The position numbers and the translations under genes are program-made. The notes beneath the pieces were generated by a model that worked only from the letters and a program-made list of their open reading frames with translations, made no database searches and was not told the origin of the DNA. A stretch of DNA of 64,000 bases, taken from assembly GCA_965248925.1 (NCBI GenBank), contig CBDFLE010000006.1, positions 3,168,001-3,232,000 on the forward strand, given 5' to 3'. Each line of letters opens with the position of its first letter. Position 1 is the stretch's first letter. The stretch is from Candidatus Multivoradales bacterium. Lineage in GTDB: Bacteria > Acidobacteriota > Thermoanaerobaculia > Multivoradales > J023. This document shows, piece after piece, positions 39,894 to 49,036 of the stretch.

Positions 39894-42024
39894 GGAATAG
39901 GTAGGCGAGGAAGAGCAGGATCACCAGGACCACGGTCGGAGTTCCGAAAGACAGAGCACTTCGCTGCCAGGGCTCTAGCTGCTGCCAACGTTGGCCGAGA
40001 GTTAGCTGAGTCTGCCGGCGATCGCGCCCTATTTCCTGTTGCAGCTGATCCGCCGGGACCTGACTGACGTTGCGTCGCGCTTCAGACTGTGATCCTTCGA
40101 TCATCCTGCGGTGACGCTGGCGGATCTTGCTCACTTGCGGCGGGCTACTAGAGGTCCCGCCGCTGCTTTGGAGTTTTTGTGGCGTGTAGTCGACCCTCAA
40201 AGTTCTCGGCGAGGTAACCTGTTCCAGGGGCTGATCCACCTTCGGAATGAGGTAGGAGAAATGGGCGCCGCTGTGCAGGATGTAGATCTGAAGTCCACCG
40301 CTGCCCAGCTGCAGTGAGCCGATCAAGATGACCTGATCGGTGTTGGGTGGTGCCTGAACGATGTGGACCGTGCAGTTAGTGAAGCCCTGCCTTGCCAGAA
40401 TCGCCAGCGCCCGCTGACCGGAGGGGTGGCTGATATCGATCTGCTCACCGGCGGCAATGCCGATGTCCGCCTGGACGATGGCTTGGCGAAGCTGGCCGAT
40501 GGTCTCGGAGTCTTCCCGGCCGTAAGCCCGTGCCATGCAGCGCAGAAAGCAGTTCATTTGATCGCCGGACACCCGCTCGATGACGAAAGCCTGGCCCACC
40601 TGCTGTACTCCGGGCTGCTCGAGCAGCTTTTCAAAAGCGACCTGCTCGACGAAGTCGGGTTGCTCCCAATCCGGAGACCGCACGAACGGCTGCGGGCCCA
40701 AACTGGGCATCTCGATCTCCATCCACGGGCTCATCAACAGCACCTGTCGATTGCGGTCGACCGGTAGCTCTTTGAGCCGCTCATTGAGCCTGCCCTGGGC
40801 TTGCCCCAGCTCCTGGGTGCCGCTAGGCCAGAAGTCGTAGCCTCCGCCGTCGGCGATCAGCGCCCAGAACTGATAGTGGGTGAGCGTCAGATAGATGCGG
40901 CCCTGGGTGTAGTCGAGCACCACCTTGGTGTTGTGCTCCCAATCTGAACCGGTGCCGGTGTACTCGGCGAAGCCCTCTGGCCCCTGCCGACCCTTGACGA
41001 TTGCCGAACCGGCGCCGGTTTGCGAATGGGTCGCGTAGTGACCGTGCAGCGCCGGTTGCGGGGCGTCTTTGTCGAACTGGTTCTGCGGCAGCCTGCCGGA
41101 AGAGTCTTGGTGCCAGCTGCGCAGCGTGCCGGGCGCGTCGGGGCTCTTCTCTTTCCGCTTCTTCTCGTCTTCGGTTCTCTCGTCGACGACCGCTCCGCTG
41201 TCCAGCTGGAAGCGCACGTCGAACATCAGATTGATCAGCGGGCGAGGCAGAATCTGCTTGGCGACTTCCCACGGCAGGCGGGTGATCGGTAGACTCTCTT
41301 TGTGGTACGCCGGGTCTTCTTGGCCGAGGGCTCCGGCTAGCAGTACCGGGCCGATCGCCTGACCAAGAGACTCGTACATGCTCTCGTCGCTGCCCCACAT
41401 CACGCCTTCTGGCTGGCCGCGATGGGTCAGCGAAGTGTGCTGATACTCGTCACCTTCGAAGACGCTCTTCGGCATGGTGGCGTACCGGGTATCGCGGTTG
41501 GGCTGGGCAGGACCGCCTGGATTCTGATCGGGCTTGAACTTCTTGTATCCTGCTCTGATGCAATGGTTGATGTTGCCAGGCAATTCCGCGAGAAGCCCGA
41601 GCTTCTCCTCTCGAGATTTCTCAGGGAATGAGTTCGCCCTACGGAAATACTTGGCGGCTTTACTGTTGTCGAGTCCTGCGGCGATCTGGATCGCATAGGC
41701 GAGGTCGTCACGGATCGCCAGGTCGAAGTATTCGTCGAGCTGAGCATCATCGAGCTGGTCGAGGGTCAGGCCCAAACCTTGGGCATAGGCTTGCGGGGTG
41801 ATTACGATCAGGCGCTGGACAGTGTTGGCCGGTGCGCGTCGAGGTTCTCCGATCACTCGGTGGCCGAGCAGCTGGGCTCGTTGGATCCTCGCTTCGAGCT
41901 GATCTGGGGAGGGGGTCTCCCGCGAGCCCATCCGCTGATCGATCGTGGACTCGGGTGAGCGAGGTCGCGACCGGAAGTCGGCGTGGACTGGCGGAGGCGA
42001 GAAGGGCTTGTCAACTCGATGCAT
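39886..42024 (-). CDS. Multidomain toxin/effector-like protein (putative RNase + OTU-like protease + C-terminal TM)
   Basis: 712-aa ORF; N-terminal low-complexity segment ending in VQR; HQDSSGRLP...FAEYTG...KVVLD...IYLTLTHYQ; VSGDQMNCFLRC...HSGAHFSYL; hydrophobic C-terminus VVLVILLFLAYLFLS. Confidence 0.75.
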   Translation of the reverse strand: MHRVDKPFSPPPVHADFRSRPRSPESTIDQRMGSRETPSPDQLEARIQRAQLLGHRVIGEPRRAPANTVQRLIVITPQAYAQGLGLTLDQLDDAQLDEYFDLAIRDDLAYAIQIAAGLDNSKAAKYFRRANSFPEKSREEKLGLLAELPGNINHCIRAGYKKFKPDQNPGGPAQPNRDTRYATMPKSVFEGDEYQHTSLTHRGQPEGVMWGSDESMYESLGQAIGPVLLAGALGQEDPAYHKESLPITRLPWEVAKQILPRPLINLMFDVRFQLDSGAVVDERTEDEKKRKEKSPDAPGTLRSWHQDSSGRLPQNQFDKDAPQPALHGHYATHSQTGAGSAIVKGRQGPEGFAEYTGTGSDWEHNTKVVLDYTQGRIYLTLTHYQFWALIADGGGYDFWPSGTQELGQAQGRLNERLKELPVDRNRQVLLMSPWMEIEMPSLGPQPFVRSPDWEQPDFVEQVAFEKLLEQPGVQQVGQAFVIERVSGDQMNCFLRCMARAYGREDSETIGQLRQAIVQADIGIAAGEQIDISHPSGQRALAILARQGFTNCTVHIVQAPPNTDQVILIGSLQLGSGGLQIYILHSGAHFSYLIPKVDQPLEQVTSPRTLRVDYTPQKLQSSGGTSSSPPQVSKIRQRHRRMIEGSQSEARRNVSQVPADQLQQEIGRDRRQTQLTLGQRWQQLEPWQRSALSFGTPTVVLVILLFLAYLFLS

Positions 42025-42176
42025 GTGGGTGACTCGGTGGTCTGTTCCCTTGAGGTCTTGCCGCCCAACAATATCTGGGTCAGCTCATCCCGGCAGAGGA
42101 CCATCGATTCTACGATGATCTAGCGAACCTCTGCCGAGGCGAGACCCTGGGGCACTGCTCGATGGCTTTCCTAGCC

Positions 42177-42215
42177 TTGACCTGAGTAGGAATCTTCATA
42201 TAACCTTTTGGTTAT
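42177..42215 (+). promoter_or_regulatory. Sigma70-like promoter with overlapping ArsR-type operator palindrome
   Basis: TTGACC (42177-42182)-N16-TATAAC (42199-42204); inverted repeat ATAACC-TTTT-GGTTAT (42200-42215) overlaps the -10 box and the ATG. Confidence 0.65.
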
Positions 42216-42582
42216 GCATAAGAGCCAGCTCGACCTCGTGTTCTCAGCCCTCGCGGATCCGACGCGCCGCGGGATGCTCGAGCAACTCGCCGGCGGGCAG
42301 GCCAATGTCGGTGCCTTGGCGAAACCCCATGCCATGTCACAGCCCGCCGTATCGAAGCACTTGCGGGTTCTGGAACGGGCAGGGTTGATCCAGCGCACGC
42401 GGTGTGGACGGGAGCACCACATCCGGGTCGATTCGCGACCCATCAAGGCAGCCAGCACCTGGATAGGACGCTACACGCGGTTCTGGGGCCAGCAGCTCGA
42501 CGACGTCGAGGCCTATCTCAAAGCACCAGAGAGAGACTGGCCGGGACAAAGCCACAGGAGAGATACCAGCGATGAGCAATGA
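42214..42582 (+). CDS. ArsR/SmtB family transcriptional regulator
   Basis: VFSALADPTRRGML, MSQPAVSKHLRVLERAGLI, GREH. Confidence 0.93.
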   Translation: MHKSQLDLVFSALADPTRRGMLEQLAGGQANVGALAKPHAMSQPAVSKHLRVLERAGLIQRTRCGREHHIRVDSRPIKAASTWIGRYTRFWGQQLDDVEAYLKAPERDWPGQSHRRDTSDEQ

Positions 42583-43048
42583 AGTGAAATTCGAAGAAGG
42601 CAAGCTGATCATCACCCGGCGTTACGACGCGCCGCGGGAGGAGGTGTTCGAGGCCTGGATCGAAACCAGCAAAGTGCAGCAGTGGTGGGGCTGTGCCGAG
42701 TGTACGTCGGTGCGCTCGGAGGTCGAGCCCAAGGTCGGCGGTCGCTACAACCACCACATGACGATCAAAGGAGCCGGCGAAGTGCCCGGCTTTGCCACCC
42801 TCACGGAATACGATCCACCGGCGCGGCTGGCCTACGTCTCCGCCGACCCGGAGGGCGCCGAGGACAACATGAAGGTCACGGTCGAATTCATCGAGGCCGC
42901 GGGTGGCACCTTGGTGCGGCTCGTCCACGCCGGTATTCCGGAGATGAAAGTTGAGGGTGATATCGAGCTGCGTCAGATCATCCGCGGCGGTTGGACCGCG
43001 GCGCTGGGCAAACTCGCGACTCTTCTCGCTGCGGCCCAAGAGCGCTGA
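42572..43048 (+). CDS. SRPBCC (AHSA1/START-like) ligand-binding protein
   Basis: ITRRYDAPREEVFEAW, VGGRY, YDPPARL, GTLVRLVH, GWTAALGKL; usual ArsR-SRPBCC pairing. Confidence 0.9.
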   Translation: MSNEVKFEEGKLIITRRYDAPREEVFEAWIETSKVQQWWGCAECTSVRSEVEPKVGGRYNHHMTIKGAGEVPGFATLTEYDPPARLAYVSADPEGAEDNMKVTVEFIEAAGGTLVRLVHAGIPEMKVEGDIELRQIIRGGWTAALGKLATLLAAAQER

Positions 43049-43102
43049 CAGCTGCTGAATCCTAGACCAGTATCCAAAACCAGCGAATCGAAGGGAGACT
43101 CG

Positions 43103-43432
43103 ATGGCCCCAGACAAGAAAGACCCGACCGATCCGATGTGCCGCAGAGCGAGCGGCTATCCCAAGGTAAACCAGGGAACCTCCTGCACCCAAAACTCTTT
43201 CAAGGTCGGTAAGAAGGCCTTCCTGTACGTCGGCCCGCAGGGCGGACGGTACAAAGCGATGTTCAAGCTCGAGGACTCCAGGTCCGAAGCCGTCGAGTTG
43301 GCCAAAGTCGATCCCGACTGCTATCAGGTGGGATCGACCGCCTGGGTCACGGCCCGCTTCACCGCCGATCGACCGATGCCGAAAGAACTTTGGCAGCGCT
43401 GGCTGGAGGAGAGCTACCAGCTGAGCCTGTAG
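43103..43432 (+). CDS. MmcQ/YjbR-like protein
   Basis: FKVGKKAFLY, MFKL, GSTAWV and WLEESYQL pattern; AAGGGAG RBS. Confidence 0.7.
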   Translation: MAPDKKDPTDPMCRRASGYPKVNQGTSCTQNSFKVGKKAFLYVGPQGGRYKAMFKLEDSRSEAVELAKVDPDCYQVGSTAWVTARFTADRPMPKELWQRWLEESYQLSL

Positions 43433-43571
43433 CGGCATTCGCGCTCCTAGGCTGCCAGCTAGACTGCCCCCAACAAACCAGCACCCAAGGGCCAGGAGGT
43501 GCTCGCGGAGTCATCGAGATGGCAACGAAGTGCGGATGAACGCCGCAACTCTGTAAAGGGAGAGACCTTCG

Positions 43572-43934
43572 ATGGTGGACTACCAGATCGACGCGCGACG
43601 ATTCCGGACGCCCAAGAACAACGAACTCAAGGTGGGACACCAAGGTGAGGCCTCGACCCTTCACCGCCAAGGCTGGTTCATCCAGAATCTGGTGGGCACC
43701 GTCGGCCGGGATGCCTACCAGATGAAAGCTCCCCGCGCCCTGGTCTTGCAGCACCGGCACGGGCTGCGCTATGTGCTCGCCGAAGGTGGCGACGAGGTCG
43801 GCAGTTGCGCTCAGCGGGATTTCGACGATCAGGACGATTGGACCGCCGAGTTCCAGGCGCCGCGGGATTGGTCGCTGGCGCTCACCGCTTTCGTGGCCTG
43901 GTTGGTGGGTGAGGCGCGCAGCATGGTCGACTGA
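43572..43934 (+). CDS. Hypothetical protein
   Basis: 120-aa beta-rich ORF with an AAGGGAG RBS. Confidence 0.55.
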   Translation: MVDYQIDARRFRTPKNNELKVGHQGEASTLHRQGWFIQNLVGTVGRDAYQMKAPRALVLQHRHGLRYVLAEGGDEVGSCAQRDFDDQDDWTAEFQAPRDWSLALTAFVAWLVGEARSMVD

Positions 43935-43946
43935 CCGCCGTCGGGC

Positions 43947-44903
43947 TCATCTTCCCTCGGGTAAGGCGCCCCGTCCCAGCCGGGTGGCGATGAGGCCGAG
44001 GACGCTGGTCAGCAGCAGCAGCATCGCTAGGCCGATAGCGCCGCCCAGCGAGGGCTGGCGCATGAGGGTGAACCTGGTCGGCAGGCGCGGATCGAACCAG
44101 CAGGTTGTTTCGATGCCGAGCTGCAACAGCCGGAACTCCTGCACCGATCGGGTCCCGATGCCGGTCGAGAAGCCGGCGGCTACTAGGATCTGGTCCCCGA
44201 GGTTGATCTCGACCGCAGCGACGGGGTGCGCCCGTAGCATGAGTGCCGACTTCTTTCCCATGCGAGCAGACGCCGAGATGTCGCCCTCGACCTTCGAGAA
44301 CACGATACGCCGGTCGACGACGCGGCGGGGTGCCCGGTCGAAGCGCGGGTACGGCTCGTGTTGTCGGCGATCTTCATCAGCACAGTGCGCCCTTCGGTGT
44401 CCTGCGCGTCGGGATCGAGCCCCGCTTGTAGCAGCGTCTCGAGTATCTCGGGGTCCTTCACCAAGTGAAGCAGGGGAATGCCAAAGGAGTCGCGAGCCGC
44501 CCCATCCCCCAAGCCGCGCCGAGCGATCGTCCCGGCCTGTTGGTCGTCGCCGTTCTCGATCACCTTCTTGAGGTGCCGCGCTCGGGCCTCGAGCATCTTC
44601 CAGCCGAACGCGGTTTCCGTCAACAGCTCCCCGGGGGGCGGCCGGAGCGAGGGTCACCGCCGCGGCCGCGAGCAGCAGCAGACCGAGCAACCAGGGGCCG
44701 GCTTACCACAGGCTGTCGAAGACATGGCGGGCGCCAGCCAAGCTGAGGTAGAGGCCGCTGTAAAGCAGGGTAGCGCCGACTACACCCAACGAGATCGCGA
44801 TGGGGATCGTGACGAAATCGTGGAGAAGGAACAGCCAGACCACGATCGCGGCCAGAAAGGGGAGACAGCCACCTCGCTGAGCCGGGTAGGCGGTGGCTTC
44901 CAA
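43947..44903 (-). pseudogene. Disrupted membrane protein gene with an ankyrin repeat
   Basis: TM segment 44903-44706 reads through an in-frame TAA (44703-44705) into another TM. An ankyrin segment (PLLHLVKDPEILETLLQAGLDPDAQDTEGRTVLM) is in a second frame, and the C-terminal TM segment is back in the first frame. Confidence 0.65.
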
Positions 44904-44950
44904 TCTGTGCCCAAGCCGAAGGCGATACTCCTAGCTGCTCCGCAGCAGCA

Positions 44951-44997
44951 TTGACAAGTTCCAGATGCCCTTGATATCTTCTTGGTTGATCGACCAA
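44951..44997 (+). promoter_or_regulatory. Sigma70-like promoter and TetR-type operator
   Basis: TTGACA (44951-44956)-N18-TATCTT (44975-44980), immediately followed by the near-perfect palindrome TTGGTTGATCGACCAA (44982-44997). Confidence 0.65.
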
Positions 44998-45020
44998 CTA
45001 AGGAATCTTGCCTGATATCC

Positions 45021-45683
45021 ATGCCTGCCTTTCCCTCACCGATGCCCGAACTGACCACCCGCGACCGTCTCCTACACACGGCGCGCGCCCTGTTCCAAGC
45101 TCAGGGCTACGGGGCCACTGGGCTAGCGCAGATCCTGCGCGAGTCGGGAGTCAACAGCGGCAGTCTTTACCACTACTTCAAAAGCAAGGAAGATCTCCTG
45201 ATCGGCGTGCTGGAACTCTATCGCGACAACATCTGGCCGATGCTGCTGCAGCCTGTTTTCGACCGGCATTCAGATCCCTTGGACCGGGTTTTTGCCTTGC
45301 TCGACGCTTACCGCGAACGTCTCCTCCTCTCCGAATTCCAGAGTAGCTGCCCGATCGGTAATCTGGCACTTGAACTCAACGAGTTCCAACCGCGGGCCTA
45401 CGAGTTGGTGGCAGCGAATTTCGAGCAGTGGCGGACCATTGTCCGCGACTGCCTGGTCGCAGCCGCCGAACGACTTGCCGCCGACACCGATCTCGATCAA
45501 CTCGCTACTTTTGTGCTGGTGACGATGGAGGGGGGAGTGATGTTGAGCCGGTCCTACCGCGACGTCGCCCCGTTTGATGCCGCGGTAGGTGCTCTCAAGG
45601 ACTACATCCACCGACTCGAAATCGACCGTGATCGCGACACTCTGAGCGCGCCCGCATCCACGAAAGGTACGAAGAGACCATGA
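45021..45683 (+). CDS. TetR/AcrR family regulator (NemR/LmrA-like); start could be ATG 45042
   Basis: LFQAQGYGATGLAQI...GSLYHYFKSKEDL and SCPIGNLALE. Confidence 0.92.
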   Translation: MPAFPSPMPELTTRDRLLHTARALFQAQGYGATGLAQILRESGVNSGSLYHYFKSKEDLLIGVLELYRDNIWPMLLQPVFDRHSDPLDRVFALLDAYRERLLLSEFQSSCPIGNLALELNEFQPRAYELVAANFEQWRTIVRDCLVAAAERLAADTDLDQLATFVLVTMEGGVMLSRSYRDVAPFDAAVGALKDYIHRLEIDRDRDTLSAPASTKGTKRP

Positions 45684-46237
45684 TCCAACGTTGTGTTGTT
45701 CTACAGACCGTCGTCGCCCTTGCCGTCCTAAGTGTGCCCTTCTTAAGCTCTGCTGCGACCGCCCCTCCTGTGGCGTCAGCGAGCCCGAGCGCAAGTCCGA
45801 TGGCCGGTTTCGACCGCCTGATCGGCGGCGAGTGGCAAATCTCGATCCTCCGCCATCGCTTCGCCTGGGGCATCGGCCAGCACACTGTGTTTTCCAGGAG
45901 TTACGACCATGAGGGCAAGTTCGTCGCCGAGGCGCGCTGGTTCTGGCATCCTGGCGAGAAGGTCATCAAGGGCTATTCGATCGATGCCACCGGCAAGTCG
46001 TTTGCAGAGATGACGACTCATTTCGAGGGTGACACGATGAGTAATTTTCTCGAGATAGTCAACCCTGACGGGACTATGTCCTCCTACACTGGCAAATGGG
46101 TCTTCACGGACGATAATCACTACGATTGGACACTCTTCAGCCATGGTGCTGATGGCGAGAAGACCCAGGCTATGCAGGCGACAGCCAGCCGAGAAGCGCC
46201 GCCCGAGGTGGCCGCTGCAAGCCGTGAGGATGACTGA
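45680..46237 (+). CDS. Secreted beta-barrel (DUF1579/lipocalin-like) protein
   Basis: Signal peptide, FDRLIGGEW and alternating beta-strand pattern; ATGA overlap with tetR. Confidence 0.6.
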   Translation: MIQRCVVLQTVVALAVLSVPFLSSAATAPPVASASPSASPMAGFDRLIGGEWQISILRHRFAWGIGQHTVFSRSYDHEGKFVAEARWFWHPGEKVIKGYSIDATGKSFAEMTTHFEGDTMSNFLEIVNPDGTMSSYTGKWVFTDDNHYDWTLFSHGADGEKTQAMQATASREAPPEVAAASREDD

Positions 46238-46333
46238 GGCGGGGCGCCACGGCGCTGGCCCTCGGTGTCCGCAGATGACTCTTGGCGAGTTGCAGAGTCT
46301 TGAGCCGCCTGGCTTTCAGCCAATTCAGCTCTT

Positions 46334-47548
46334 CTAGAGAAAACGTTGCAGATGCTTCAGCACCTGCCGGGCCAGGGGGGACTTGCGATAAACGTAGACC
46401 TCGCCCGGTATCTGATCTAGGTCTTCCTCGCCGCCGGCGAGCTGCTTGGAAATGGCCAGCAGGAGATTCTTTGGGCCATGGCGGCGGAGCAGCTCGAGGC
46501 GGCTTTCGACCGCGCCACGACGCCAATAGCCGAGCACTTCCATCACCACTCGGGTGCCGCTCTCTGCGTGATCGAAGATGAAGTCGGGTACCAGCACCCC
46601 CTCGCCGCCGAGATCGACCAGCTCGCCTTCGGTGGAGACTTGCCAGGGAGTGTCGAGTTCAGCGAAGCGCCGCGGTAGCCAGCTGACCTCTTCCGGCTGC
46701 CATTGGCCGGTGAGCTTGCTGGGTGAACGTAAACCTTTTTTGGCAGACAGTTTGAAAGTGCGTTGCAGTCGCTTCTTACCCCAACGCAGCTCGGCTTCGA
46801 GCTGCCAGTGGTCGAGGTGCAAGAGCGCCGGTAGAAAGCTCGCCATTTGCAAGCCGTAGCGTTGGCTTGACTGGAAAAGTGACAGGGGGCCGTCGAGCAC
46901 CACCACCCAACTACCATTCTGGCCACGTTCGAGACGGTGCATCAGCTGAAAGAATTTGATCTTCTGAAACAACGCTCGATGGCGGCGTGGGTTCTTGCCC
47001 GCTAGCTCGAGTCGCAGGTTGACGGCGCGCAGCAGCACCACCTGGGCGAGGGCGACGTTGTAGCGATCGAGTAGCCATTGCGGGTCACAGCGCTTGAAGC
47101 TGATCAACCGCTGCTGGTCCTTGAGGTCGGCGTAGAGGTGGTCGTCGAGCTCGCCGGCTGGCAGCTCCAAGCTGGCCGCCGCCTGCTCGATGACGGCCTC
47201 GCGGTCGAAGGCGAAAGGCCCATCCTGCACCGGCTCTCGGTAGGCGTTGGCGGCGGCGGTGAAGACCGCGTGGCGCAGCTCGTCGGGCGGCTGCGGGGCG
47301 GTGGTCTCGAAGACACAGCGGTCACGGAGCAGCTTGGCCAGGCCGCGGTGCAGCAGAAAGGCAGTGCCGGTGCCGAGCAGCTCGTCGAGCTCGGCGTCGA
47401 GCTCGGCTTGGGGATGGCCGCAGAAGGCTGCGAACGTCGCGACCAGGGTGTCGGCCAGGGCTAGCAGATCAGCATCGGTTCGCTCGACATAGCGTGGTTT
47501 GACCTCGCCACGGTAGGTCCGCGCCAGCAGTAGGTCGGAGGTCAGCAT
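46334..47548 (-). CDS. DUF790 family nuclease (Bax1-like)
   Basis: MLTSDLL, RGLAKLL.DRC.F, LYADL, RYNVALAQ, DGPLSLF...RYG and the PD-(D/E)xK-like VPDF...MEVLGYW. Confidence 0.88.
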   Translation of the reverse strand: MLTSDLLLARTYRGEVKPRYVERTDADLLALADTLVATFAAFCGHPQAELDAELDELLGTGTAFLLHRGLAKLLRDRCVFETTAPQPPDELRHAVFTAAANAYREPVQDGPFAFDREAVIEQAAASLELPAGELDDHLYADLKDQQRLISFKRCDPQWLLDRYNVALAQVVLLRAVNLRLELAGKNPRRHRALFQKIKFFQLMHRLERGQNGSWVVVLDGPLSLFQSSQRYGLQMASFLPALLHLDHWQLEAELRWGKKRLQRTFKLSAKKGLRSPSKLTGQWQPEEVSWLPRRFAELDTPWQVSTEGELVDLGGEGVLVPDFIFDHAESGTRVVMEVLGYWRRGAVESRLELLRRHGPKNLLLAISKQLAGGEEDLDQIPGEVYVYRKSPLARQVLKHLQRFL

Positions 47549-47549
47549 C

Positions 47550-48932
47550 TCAGCTTGTGCTCCGTTGATAGGCATCGTGTTGGCGGCGGCGCTCGCTGGT
47601 GAATTCTTCGGCGGTGTCCTCGGCCACTACCTCGTAGAGCAGTGCTCGCTTGTCCTTGGCGCGGCGCAAAATGCGGCCCAGGCGTTGCACATGCTCACGC
47701 ACCGTGCCGCTGCCCGAGAGCACCACGCCGATGTTGGCGGCTGGTATGTCGACCCCCTCGTTGAGCACTCTTGAGGTGACCAGGAAGGGCAGCTCGCCGG
47801 CATTGAAGGCCGCCAAGGTGGCGTGGCGTTCTTTGATCTTGGTCTGGTGAGTGATCGCCGGGATCAAGAAGCGGCGGGAGATCTTGTAGACCGTGGCGTT
47901 GTCGTTGGTGAAGATCAGCATGCGGTCCTGGCGGTGGCGGCTGATCAGCTTCTCCAGCAGTCGCAACTTGGCGCCCGAGGCCTGGGCGATGGCCCGTTGG
48001 CGGCGGTAGGCGAGGAAGGCACGGCGGCCTTCTTCGCTGCGGGAGGTCGCTTGTAGAAACCGCGCCCAGCCTGACGGTCCGCCGAAACGAATCTGATGCT
48101 GTTCGACGAATCCGCGATAGATCTGCCGTTCCTCGCTGTAGGCCTCGCGCTCTTCGTCCGACAGACGGACCCGCACTCTCTCGGTGTCGTACTCCGCCAG
48201 GTAGCTGCCGGCCAGTTCGCCGATTTCGCGACGGTAGACGATCGGCCCTACCAAGTTGTCGAGCAGCCTTTCGCCGCCGTCTTCGCGCTCCGGAGTGGCG
48301 GTCAGACCGAGGCGGAAGGGGGCGATCGACAGCTCGGCGGCGGTGGCGTAGGTCGGTCCCGGCAGGTGGTGGCATTCGTCGAACACCAACAAGGCGAAGC
48401 GGTCGCCGAGTTTGTCCATGTGCAGGTAGGCCGAGTCGTAGGTGGTGACGGTCAGCGGCCGGGGTTCGAAATAGCCGCCACCGATCAGTCCGACTTCGAC
48501 CTCGAAACCGGTCGACAGCACGCCATACCACTGTTGCATCAGGTCGAGGGTGGGAGTGACCACTAGAGCGCAGCAGCCCAAGCGCTCGATGATCAGCTGG
48601 GCGACGTAGGTCTTGCCGGCGCCGGTGGGCAACACCACCACGCCGCAGCGGCCTTCTTGCCACCAGGCCTCCACCGCCTCTTTCTGGTGTGGGAAAGGGG
48701 TGCGTTCGAGACGCGATGCGAGGGCTTGGTCGCTGTAGGCGCGAGCTGCGTTGTCGTACTCCAAGCCCGAGCGATGGAGCGTTCGCACCACCTCGCGGTA
48801 GCGAAAGGCTGGCGCTCGCCACAATCCCACTCGGGAATCCCAAACGCAGCCCGGCGGTCGCAGCTCCGCGGGCGCTTCACCCGCGGTGGGGCGTAGCACG
48901 AGGGTGCCGCGGTCGAACTCCAAGCGAATCAT
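47550..48932 (-). CDS. XPB/Rad25-like SF2 DEAD/DEAH helicase
   Basis: LPTGAGKT, PTLDLMQQW, FDECHHL, LGLTATPER, VLNEGVDIP and QRLGRILR. Confidence 0.92.
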   Translation of the reverse strand: MIRLEFDRGTLVLRPTAGEAPAELRPPGCVWDSRVGLWRAPAFRYREVVRTLHRSGLEYDNAARAYSDQALASRLERTPFPHQKEAVEAWWQEGRCGVVVLPTGAGKTYVAQLIIERLGCCALVVTPTLDLMQQWYGVLSTGFEVEVGLIGGGYFEPRPLTVTTYDSAYLHMDKLGDRFALLVFDECHHLPGPTYATAAELSIAPFRLGLTATPEREDGGERLLDNLVGPIVYRREIGELAGSYLAEYDTERVRVRLSDEEREAYSEERQIYRGFVEQHQIRFGGPSGWARFLQATSRSEEGRRAFLAYRRQRAIAQASGAKLRLLEKLISRHRQDRMLIFTNDNATVYKISRRFLIPAITHQTKIKERHATLAAFNAGELPFLVTSRVLNEGVDIPAANIGVVLSGSGTVREHVQRLGRILRRAKDKRALLYEVVAEDTAEEFTSERRRQHDAYQRSTS

Positions 48933-49036
48933 GGGCGGATCTTACCGCTGCTGCGCTGCGTATAATCCTCGCAGCGACAGAGATCGCTGTTCAGGGGTCG
49001 ACGCTTCGCCAGATTTGCCAACCGCAGGAGGATCCC

